Assembly: GCA_040389385.1 (NCBI GenBank)
Contig: JAZKAA010000005.1
Span: 9,094 to 48,641 of the forward strand
Source: Patescibacteria group bacterium
GTDB taxonomy: Bacteria > Patescibacteriota > Minisyncoccia > Phycocordibacterales > SBAW01
DNA: 39,548 nucleotides
Direction of reading: 5' to 3'
This document shows, piece by piece, positions 1-6,333 of the stretch. Position numbers and translations under genes: made by a program. How positions within the stretch are numbered: position 1 is the first letter of the stretch; each line of letters opens with the position of its first letter. The notes under the pieces were generated by a model. The model saw only the letters and a program-made list of their open reading frames with translations, was not told the DNA's origin and did not search any database.

Positions 1-84
1 AGCCAGGTGTTCAGCTACAAGTTCCTGTTGGCGACAGAGGCCAAGCCGAAATTTGTTCCGGCTGACGTCCTTGAGCGCGACTGA
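1..84 (+). CDS. 3' end of an unidentified ORF running in from outside the window
   Basis: Frame 1 open (SQVFSYKFLLATEAKPKFVPADVLERD*), followed by a terminator-like hairpin. Confidence 0.4.
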   Translation, partial: SQVFSYKFLLATEAKPKFVPADVLERD

Positions 85-104
85 AGCACATCAATCAAGG
101 CAGC

Positions 105-138
105 GACGCCCGCCATAGTCTGGTGGGCGTCTTTGTTT
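105..138 (+). terminator. Intrinsic terminator
   Basis: GACGCCCGCCA-tagtc-TGGTGGGCGTC followed by TTTGTTT. Confidence 0.7.
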
Positions 139-160
139 ATACAATACGATTTTTGGGTAT

Positions 161-411
161 GAAAAACCCCGGCTATGGAGTAATGCCGGGGCTTGTCTGT
201 CGGTATTATGTCAATCCGCGATCTTTACCTCGGTGATCAGGCGGAGCTAAAGATAGTAAATCCACAAATTTTCTAAGGTTGAGAGATTACCATCTCGCAA
301 CGCAATTTTGGACTAACATAGTGACAGACCTAAACGTAATTACGTACAAAGATCAATTTTGATTCGTTCGCCTATTACAGGGCAGAAATATGCGCCGAAC
401 CGATAGTCTGA
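161..411 (-). ncRNA. Candidate ~250-nt structured non-coding RNA
   Basis: Minus-strand promoter (TTTACA 444-439, TACTAT 422-417), minus-strand terminator (192-161), no long ORF seen, long-range stems whose G-U pairs only work on the minus strand. Confidence 0.55.
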
Positions 412-416
412 TATTG

Positions 417-449
417 ATAGTACGCTTATAAAGGACATTGTAAAGGACA
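417..449 (-). promoter_or_regulatory. Sigma70-like promoter overlapped by a TAAAGGACA direct repeat
   Basis: TTTACA-16nt-TACTAT; TAAAGGACA at 429-437 and 441-449 on the + strand. Confidence 0.55.
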
Positions 450-493
450 CATTGTGGGGATAACTCCCTGTCCCTAAATCGCCTTACTCTAAG

Positions 494-534
494 CCGACGC
501 CTTGGTCGGCTCCCCGACCCTATAGGCGTCGGGG
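494..534. repeat. REP-like double-hairpin repeat, copy 1
   Basis: CCGACGCYTTGGTCGG-N-CCCCGAC...GTCGGGG; also at 8855-8906 and 16837-16875. Confidence 0.85.
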
Positions 535-539
535 CAAAG

Positions 540-2015
540 TTACTCCACGAAATACTTCTTCTGAATGTCCTTTACAGCATCCTCTTCTTCGGCGGCTTTG
601 CGCTCTTTGCCGCCCTCCCCTAGCGCTTTAAGCTCGTTGTCTTTCAGCACCGCCAGCTCCAGAGCCCGCTTATTTAAATACTCTTCGGTGTTGTGCGCGG
701 GGTCGTCCAATACCTCCTCCAAAAGCGCGTGTAACATCCAGCCCAACCGCGGGCCCGGGCTTTCACGTGTAACATCCATCAGCCGCTTGCCGTCGGTCTT
801 GAGCATGCCTACAGAGATAGGGTCGCGCATAGCCTGTTCTATCATCGCCTGGTACTTACGGAGGCGGAAGGGCTGCTCCTTAGGCCGCCCGGTCCCTATC
901 CGGTCGCAAATACGCAGGTTAACGAGGTCCCAAATGTGCCCTTGGCCGACGTTGGCCACTATGCGGCGCACGGCCGAGAGCGTAACCACCGCCGGGTCGC
1001 TAAAAAACATATGCCACCGCACCAAGCTGACCACCGTAGCGATTGTTTCGCCCGGAAACTTGAGCCGCTGCAATATCTTTTTGGCCATACGGGCCCCGAC
1101 CACCTCGTGGCCATGGAAGGTCCAATCCTTTTTCTCATCGCCCCAGCGCCGGGCCGCCGGCTTGCCAATGTCATGCAAAATAGCCGCCAACCGGACCTCT
1201 AAAGGCCACTCTTTGTCGGCCGCATGCTGCAGCGCACGCAGGTTGTGCTCAAAGACATCGTACTTATGGGCCTGATTTTGCTCTACCCCTACCCCCTCCA
1301 AAAGCTCGGGCAGGATAAAGGGCAAAAGGCCCAGTTTTTGGCACACAATAAGCGCCGGCATGGGCTGCGGCGACATGATTATCCGCACTAGCTCGTCGCG
1401 GATGCGCTCTTGGGATATCCGGCCCAACTGGGCCGCGCACTCCCCCATTGCAGCACTGGTGTCGGGCTCTAAAGCAAAGCCCAACTCGGCCGATAGGCGT
1501 ACTGCGCGCAGGATACGCAGCGCATCCTCATTAAAACGCTCTGTAGGGGCTCCAACTGCCCGTATAACGCCTGTGTCGATGTCTTTTAGCCCATCATAAA
1601 GGTCAATCAACTCCCCTTTGCTGGGGCTATAGGCCAAAGCATTGATAGTAAAGTCGCGGCGCTTAAGATCATCCTCGAGTTTTTGGCTAAAAATAACACT
1701 ATCAGGCCGTCGGGCGTCGCTATACGTGCCCTCGAGCCTATAGGGTGTTACCTCGACGACCTTAAGCTTGTCGTCTGTGACAGCGTCGTTGACCACACCG
1801 ACGGTGCCAAACTCGTTGGTGTAGTAGGTGTGCGGAAATGCGGCCTGGATCTGCTCCGGCGTGGCGTTGGTGGTGACGTCCCAGTCGTTGGGCGTGCGAT
1901 TAAGCAGCAAGTCGCGCACGCACCCCCCTACTACCCACGCCTCAAAACCCGCTTGCTCTAGCGCATCGGTGACCTGTTTGACCTCGGGGGGTATTTTGCT
2001 GGGCTTGAGTTCCAT
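540..2015 (-). CDS. cca: CCA tRNA nucleotidyltransferase (class II) with HD domain
   Basis: VGGCVRD..DWD, RRDFTINA, EDALRILRAVR, SQERI, LHDIGK motifs. Confidence 0.92.
   Translation of the reverse strand: MELKPSKIPPEVKQVTDALEQAGFEAWVVGGCVRDLLLNRTPNDWDVTTNATPEQIQAAFPHTYYTNEFGTVGVVNDAVTDDKLKVVEVTPYRLEGTYSDARRPDSVIFSQKLEDDLKRRDFTINALAYSPSKGELIDLYDGLKDIDTGVIRAVGAPTERFNEDALRILRAVRLSAELGFALEPDTSAAMGECAAQLGRISQERIRDELVRIIMSPQPMPALIVCQKLGLLPFILPELLEGVGVEQNQAHKYDVFEHNLRALQHAADKEWPLEVRLAAILHDIGKPAARRWGDEKKDWTFHGHEVVGARMAKKILQRLKFPGETIATVVSLVRWHMFFSDPAVVTLSAVRRIVANVGQGHIWDLVNLRICDRIGTGRPKEQPFRLRKYQAMIEQAMRDPISVGMLKTDGKRLMDVTRESPGPRLGWMLHALLEEVLDDPAHNTEEYLNKRALELAVLKDNELKALGEGGKERKAAEEEDAVKDIQKKYFVE
759..774. 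promoter_or_regulatory. parS-like palindrome inside cca
   Basis: Reverse complement TGTTACACGTGAAAGC, 14/16 to the TGTTNCACGTGAAACA consensus. Confidence 0.6.
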
Positions 2016-2066
2016 TTGGGTTTAGCGCAATTCTAGCAGATATTTGTTACCATTGACCTGTTAACT

Positions 2067-2138
2067 GCGCCCGTGGTGAAACGGAAATCATAAGTGCCTT
2101 CGAAGCATTTGTTCCAGGTTCGAGTCCTGGCGGGCGCA
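2067..2138 (+). tRNA. tRNA-Arg(TCG)
   Basis: Acceptor GCGCCCG/CGGGCGC, anticodon arm AGTGC-CT-TCG-AA-GCATT, GGTTCGAGTCC T-arm. Confidence 0.93.
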
Positions 2139-2194
2139 CAAAATCGTTTTTGTGGATAACAAAACATCCGTCTAGTCCTGCATGATAGTATGTA

Positions 2195-2866
2195 ATGATG
2201 AGGAGCGACAAGGATGTTGCCACAGCTTTGCGGAGGGCTGGGAAGAGTTACCGAGAAATCAGAAAGGAAACGGGGGCGTCTCTCAGCACGTTGTGCCTAT
2301 GGTTTAAAGATCTTGAGTGGTCCAAGGATATAGGTAAAAAGCTTATTTTCCAACAGATTTCAGACAGTACCACAAAAATAATTGAGCTAAATAAAATCCG
2401 TGGCTCCCGACTCGATACCCTCTATGATTTAGGAAGAAAAGTTGCGAGTCAGGAATTCGAAAAATTGAAGACAGATCCCCTATTTGTAGCAGGAATCGTT
2501 GCCTATTGGGGTGAAGGAGACAAAGCCACCAAACATCTTTGTAGGCTTGCAAATAGTGACCCGGCAATGGTCCGCCTTTTTTGGCTTTTTCTTACTAAAA
2601 AATGCGGTATCCCCGGTAGTAAAATTAGCTGCTGGTTGATCCTATATCCCGATTTGGACGAACAAGTTCTGAAAAAACGATGGAGTTTGGAGACCAAAAT
2701 ACCTATAGAAAACTTTAAAAAAGCCACCTTTATTCGGGGTAGACATCCGACAAAGAGGAACGGCTATGGAATTTGTAGTATAGTTGTTTCCAGTCGTTTT
2801 TTTAAAGAAAAAATGTTAGTATGGCTTCGTCTGATAGCAGAGGAAATGAATGCGGATATGGTCTAA
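2195..2866 (+). CDS. HTH plus LAGLIDADG-like putative endonuclease overlapping the tRNA-Gly 5' end
   Basis: N-terminal HTH-like LRRAGKSYREI; FVAGIVAYWGEG helix followed by LANSDPAMV; AT-richer than neighbours; last 15 nt lie inside the tRNA. Confidence 0.65.
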   Translation: MMRSDKDVATALRRAGKSYREIRKETGASLSTLCLWFKDLEWSKDIGKKLIFQQISDSTTKIIELNKIRGSRLDTLYDLGRKVASQEFEKLKTDPLFVAGIVAYWGEGDKATKHLCRLANSDPAMVRLFWLFLTKKCGIPGSKISCWLILYPDLDEQVLKKRWSLETKIPIENFKKATFIRGRHPTKRNGYGICSIVVSSRFFKEKMLVWLRLIAEEMNADMV

Positions 2867-2922
2867 TGGTATGACAAGTGGTTGCCAATCACTTAGCGGG
2901 AGTTCGATTCTCCCTATCCGCA
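2852..2922 (+). tRNA. tRNA-Gly(GCC)
   Basis: Acceptor GCGGATA/TATCCGC, anticodon loop TT-GCC-AA, GTTCGATTC T-loop. Confidence 0.93.
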
Positions 2923-3020
2923 CAGTCGAGTGAGAAAACGCAGAAAAAGCTTGCTTTTATCTGCTTTTGCGAGCGAGCAAGCTGATATGTACCCATATCC
3001 GCACAAAGAACAATAGAAGT

Positions 3021-3180
3021 TAAAAGACAGCCAGGGTGTGGACAGCAAATTTGTTGAAAAGTAAAGCTAATCTCCCACAACTGTGGATAAACTTGGGGAC
3101 ATGTGCATAAAAGACAGCCCCACAGCGCCAAAATGTCCTTAAATTCACTATTTCTTCAGATTCAAACGTTTCAATAGTAA
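3021..3180. promoter_or_regulatory. DnaA-box cluster with AT-rich flank (candidate oriC or DnaA-box cluster)
   Basis: TGTGGATAA 3082-3090 (perfect), TGTGCATAA 3102-3110, degenerate boxes at 3037, 3052 and 3094; another perfect box at 2151-2159; AT-rich stretch 3138-3180. Confidence 0.55.
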
Positions 3181-3355
3181 CGTTACACATGAAAACGGCT
3201 AAAAGACAGCTCGGCGATCAGGGAGAGGAAGTCGCCTGCAAGTATCTGGCAGGGAAAGGCTATACGGTACTAGAGCGCAACTACCTTAAGCCATGGGGGG
3301 AGATCGATATCCTGGCGGAGAAGGCGAAAAGACTATATTTTATTGAGGTAAAGTC

Positions 3356-3371
3356 CGTTTCACGTGAAAGT
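3356..3371. promoter_or_regulatory. parS-like palindrome in yraN (encodes VSRE)
   Basis: CGTTTCACGTGAAAGT, 13/16 to consensus. Confidence 0.6.
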
Positions 3372-3550
3372 GTGAGGGGAGAGAGTCTATCCCCTCCAAG
3401 TAGTTAAATATAAGCAAATACGATATAATATTTACTCCCACCCCCTACAACTGAAAAACCTTGCGAACAGAGTCCTGCCTTGGGGCTCCGGTTACTCGCA
3501 AGGTTTCCGTCTCCAGGGTGGGACTTTGTTACAAGCTAAAAACCTTGCGT

Positions 3551-3682
3551 ATGAGTCTTGAGAAAGACCGTGTATGGCCGTATAAGCCGTGTAGAAAGCA
3601 TTTCTTGGGCGTCTGGACAGAAGACCCGTGTACGGTGTGCGGGGCTACTAAAAAACGGCCTGACGACTGGGTAGAAAAGTAA
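3551..3682 (+). CDS. 43-aa Cys/His micro-protein carried by the element
   Basis: MSLEKDRVWPYKPCRKHFLGVWTEDPCTVCGATKKRPDDWVEK; CxxH...CxxC; TATAAT at 3424-3429 and a structured leader upstream. Confidence 0.5.
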   Translation: MSLEKDRVWPYKPCRKHFLGVWTEDPCTVCGATKKRPDDWVEK

Positions 3683-3728
3683 CTGTGCATAACCTCCCTT
3701 TGGACTTTTTGAAAGTCGTGTTTGTATA

Positions 3729-4020
3729 GGAGTAATGCTTCGTAGTCGCGAGGCAGGACGTTTACCCCTAACCTAAAGTTTTATGACTATAGGAGGGTGG
3801 ATTAAGGGTGGTTACGTTCGCTAGGCAAAGGTTAAGCCTGGACATTCAACCGCCGAGGTACTCCCGAAAGAATAAGTGAATCCCGCAACTGGGACGACTC
3901 TTTCCAAGAGGAATCCCAATCGCAGAAGAGGAGGGTAAACCACCAATCCTGATGCGATTTTAGGAGAAACGAACAAAGTAGGGACGAAAGCAAAAGGCAC
4001 CCCGGAAAGGTGCCTTTTGT
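3729..4020 (+). ncRNA. Candidate ~290-nt multi-stem RNA inside the element
   Basis: No ORF in the track; many nested stems; ends in the terminator CAAAAGGCACC-ccggaaa-GGTGCCTTTTG. Confidence 0.55.
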
Positions 4021-4196
4021 CGTCGCGAGGTTGTGTACGGTCTGTACCTCCTAACTATGTCCTTTACCCTGTCCTTTATCAAGGGTTTTTATCCCCAGAA
4101 GCCTTAAATATAGCTAAAACGGGTGAAATCTACGTAAATCCCCTATACACACCATACCACGGTACTTACTTGCGGGGGATAGGCCCTGAGGGGAGA

Positions 4197-4212
4197 GGGT
4201 TCACGTGTAACC
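4197..4212. promoter_or_regulatory. parS-like palindrome in the 3' half of yraN
   Basis: Reverse complement GGTTACACGTGAACCC, 13/16 to consensus. Confidence 0.5.
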
Positions 4213-4485
4213 GACGGCTATAGGCCAGAGGAGAATGTCCATCCGGCCAAGCTCAAACGGCTCCATAGGGCTATCCAAACTTACCTCTTGGACCATAAGG
4301 TCAAGGACGACATAGAGTGGCAGATAGACGTGGCCTGCGTGTACTTGGACTTTGGTACGCGTAAGGCGAGGGTGGAAATGCTGGAAAATGTGATATTGTA
4401 AGGGTACTTTGGTGTAAAGGACACATAAAGGACATCGGGGCGTTCTCTATAGGGAGTAACGCTTGTGTGGGGTGAAAAATTTAGT

Positions 4486-4556
4486 CGGGGCGTAGTATAG
4501 TGGTAGTACACTTGCTTTGGGAGCATGAGGTCTGAGTCCGATTCTCAGCGCCCCGA
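4486..4556 (+). tRNA. tRNA-Pro(TGG)
   Basis: Acceptor CGGGGCG/CGCCCCG, anticodon loop TT-TGG-GA; T-loop reads GTCCGATTC. Confidence 0.9.
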
Positions 4557-4604
4557 CTAAGTTTTTCACCGGATGTCTGGGAGACATCCGCGGCCCCGAA
4601 GGGG

Positions 4605-4639
4605 ATGAGGTCTGAGTCCGATTCTCAGCGCCCCGACCA
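4605..4639 (+). repeat. Exact 33-bp duplicate of the tRNA-Pro 3' end, this copy ending in CCA
   Basis: ATGAGGTCTGAGTCCGATTCTCAGCGCCCCGAC at 4525-4557 and 4605-4637. Confidence 0.9.
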
Positions 4640-4643
4640 GAAT

Positions 4644-5495
4644 ATGAATAGAGTAACTCTCACGACCAAAGGGTCCAAAGACTACGAGTTGTTGGACAGC
4701 GGCAATGAGCAAAAGCTCGAGCGCTATGGCGCGGTGCTTTTGGCGCGCCCGGACCCGCAGGCGCTGTGGCCCAAGATGATGGGGGAGGATAAATGGGGAA
4801 GTGCGCAGGGGCGCTTTGAGCGCAATGGCACGGAGGGTATTTGGTATGCCAACGACCTGCCCAAGGAGTGGCCGATAGAGTTTGGCGGGCTCAACTTTAT
4901 AATCAAGCCGACAAGCTTTAAACACACGGGCCTCTTCCCCGAGCAACTTCCCAACTGGGAGTGGGTTGCCGCACAAAAACCAAAAAAAGTTTTGAACTTG
5001 TTTGGCTACACCGGCGGCGTGAGCTTGGCCGCGGCCAAAGCGGGCGCAGAGGTGACACACGTTGATGCAAGCAAGACCGCGGTGGCATGGGCGAGCGACA
5101 ATGCAAAGCTAAGCGGGCTAGGGGATAAGCCCATCCGTTGGATAGTCGAGGACGCGATGCAATTTGTTAAACGCGAAATAAAACGCGGCAACACCTACGA
5201 CGGCATCATTATGGATCCGCCGGCGTTTGGCCACGGGCCCAAAGACGAGTTGTGGAAGATAGAGGAAAACTTTATGGAGTTTGTTGCAATGTGCAGCGAG
5301 CTTTTGAGCGACGATGCAAAATTCTTTTTAATAAACGGATACGCAGCCGGCTACTCCTCGCAAGCCTTTGCCTACAACCTCGACCCGTTGGTAAAAAAAT
5401 TCGGCGGCCGTATAGAGCACGGCGACCTAACAATAGAGGAATCTTTGTCCGGTAGATTACTCCCCGCCGGCATCTTCGCCCGCTGGTCTAAATAA
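4644..5495 (+). CDS. Class I SAM-dependent methyltransferase (RlmI/RlmK-related)
   Basis: VLNLFGYTGG motif I, VTHVDAS, IIMDPPAFG; ATG 4644 chosen because the upstream ATG lies in the tRNA repeat. Confidence 0.85.
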   Translation: MNRVTLTTKGSKDYELLDSGNEQKLERYGAVLLARPDPQALWPKMMGEDKWGSAQGRFERNGTEGIWYANDLPKEWPIEFGGLNFIIKPTSFKHTGLFPEQLPNWEWVAAQKPKKVLNLFGYTGGVSLAAAKAGAEVTHVDASKTAVAWASDNAKLSGLGDKPIRWIVEDAMQFVKREIKRGNTYDGIIMDPPAFGHGPKDELWKIEENFMEFVAMCSELLSDDAKFFLINGYAAGYSSQAFAYNLDPLVKKFGGRIEHGDLTIEESLSGRLLPAGIFARWSK

Positions 5496-5522
5496 TAAAA
5501 AAACACCAAGCAGGGCTTGATG

Positions 5523-5702
5523 TTAGATGGGGCTGCCTAAATCGGCAATAATGCCTGCCACGGGGCGATCGTCTTTGGCGACGGCGTTGAGGATGGACTC
5601 AAATGCCGAAGATCGTTCAAACTCGGGACCGTACAGCCGGGCGAGCTTGTCGTCGTAGGGCTTGAGCTTGTCCCGAGCAGTTTTCAATTTGTCATCAGGC
5701 AT
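5523..5702 (-). CDS. Small hypothetical protein (59 aa)
   Basis: ORF with a purine-rich SD-like sequence upstream; no recognised motif. Confidence 0.4.
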   Translation of the reverse strand: MPDDKLKTARDKLKPYDDKLARLYGPEFERSSAFESILNAVAKDDRPVAGIIADLGSPI

Positions 5703-5782
5703 CCAGAATCTCCCTCTTCCACTAGCCACTCTACTTGCACAGACCCACTTGTCAAACTTTTTTCCGCAGGTACTATAAGGGT

Positions 5783-5854
5783 ATGAAGCAGACGCAAAGC
5801 CTCCTCGGCCTCCTTCTCCTCCTTAGAAAGGGTGGAGGCCTTGCTTGCGTCTAA
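5783..5854 (+). CDS. Leucine-rich leader peptide (leuL-like)
   Basis: MKQTQSLLGLLLLLRKGGGLACV*; 7 Leu in 8 consecutive codons; ATG 6 nt after TACTAT (5771-5776), TTGTCA at 5749-5754. Confidence 0.8.
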   Translation: MKQTQSLLGLLLLLRKGGGLACV

Positions 5855-5908
5855 ATCGACAGAAAGATTGAGAACCAAACAAGCCCTCCACCCGGAGGGT
5901 TTTGTTTT
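5807..5908 (+). promoter_or_regulatory. Transcription attenuator (1:2, 2:3 and 3:4 stems)
   Basis: 1:2 GGCCTCC 5807-13/GGAGGCC 5834-40; 2:3 GGGTGGAGG 5830-38/CCTCCACCC 5885-93; 3:4 GCCCTCC-accc-GGAGGGT plus U-tract. Confidence 0.8.
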
Positions 5909-5937
5909 GCGTCCCAATCACACAGGAGGAGACGGGA

Positions 5938-6333
5938 ATGGCACAAAGTTCGTTGGCAGAAAAAGTCGAGTTGGCTCCAGAGCCGGTAGCAAGCTGGGAA
6001 ATTGTGGTCACGTCGGCGACCTCTACGTCTATCAGTGACAAATACGCGCGCGTGACGCTTGTTTGTACAGCGCGCGGGGTAAAGATGGTCGAGGAGCAAA
6101 ACGGCAGCAATGCCGCAGAGGCCGCTCTAAGCGCGATTTGCTTGCTGGTGCCTGCAGGGGTGTTTGTCGAGCGGCCCGTGGTACAGATTGTCGGTCGTAG
6201 GGTCGAGGCTCACCTCATTGCCTCGCGCGGGAACGTCTGCGTCATCGGCACAAGCCGTAATCCTGACCCCGCTCTCGCTGTCGCAAAAGCATATCTGCAT
6301 GCACTGCTCCAGCTCGACAAGGGCCCTAAGTAG
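5938..6333 (+). CDS. Stand-alone LeuA (isopropylmalate synthase) C-terminal allosteric-domain-like protein
   Basis: 131 aa; ARVTLV..NGSNAAEAALSAI..DPALAVAKAYLHAL resembles the LeuA GxGPVDA...DI.EAS.KAY..AL pattern; SD AGGAGG; leucine attenuator upstream. Confidence 0.65.
   Translation: MAQSSLAEKVELAPEPVASWEIVVTSATSTSISDKYARVTLVCTARGVKMVEEQNGSNAAEAALSAICLLVPAGVFVERPVVQIVGRRVEAHLIASRGNVCVIGTSRNPDPALAVAKAYLHALLQLDKGPK

Larger units (their letters stand above)
3382..4187. mobile_element. Non-autonomous IS1595-family-like (ISSod11-type ends) mobile insertion cassette, ~806 bp, no transposase
   Basis: Imperfect ~25-bp TIRs AGAGTCTATCCCCTCCAAGTA and (reverse complement) AGGGCCTATCCCCCGCAAGTA; flanking direct repeat GAGGGGAG at 3374-3381 and 4188-4195 (equivalent reading: 10-bp TSD with element 3383-4186). 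Confidence 0.85.
3189..4401 (+). pseudogene. yraN: YraN-family (UPF0102) endonuclease gene interrupted by a mobile element
   Basis: 5' part (GEIDILA..FIEVK) to 3381 and 3' part from 4196 (RPEENVHPAKLKRL..WQIDVACV..LENVIL*) rejoin in frame to 132 aa when the element plus one target copy (814 nt) is removed. Confidence 0.88.

Noticed and set aside
3804-3816. T-box-like AAGGGTGG
   Set aside because: Lacks the following NACC and a matching antiterminator; no synthetase or amino-acid gene downstream
3947-3972. Hammerhead-like CTGATG...GAAAC
   Set aside because: The core reads CTGATGCG rather than CUGANGA and the flanking stems do not fit
3382-4187. Group I or II intron as the explanation for the yraN interruption
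   Set aside because: TIRs plus a target duplication indicate DNA transposition; I could not find convincing P/Q/R/S elements or a group II domain V
4017-4223. 68-aa ORF as a transposase remnant
   Set aside because: No DDE or zinc-ribbon motifs; it crosses the terminator and the TIR
4525-4604. Intron-containing tRNA-Pro
   Set aside because: The first copy is already a complete cloverleaf; an exact duplication fits better than an intron
4605-4643. N-terminal extension MRSESDSQRPDQN of the methyltransferase
   Set aside because: It is a translation of the duplicated tRNA 3' end; ATG 4644 is preferred
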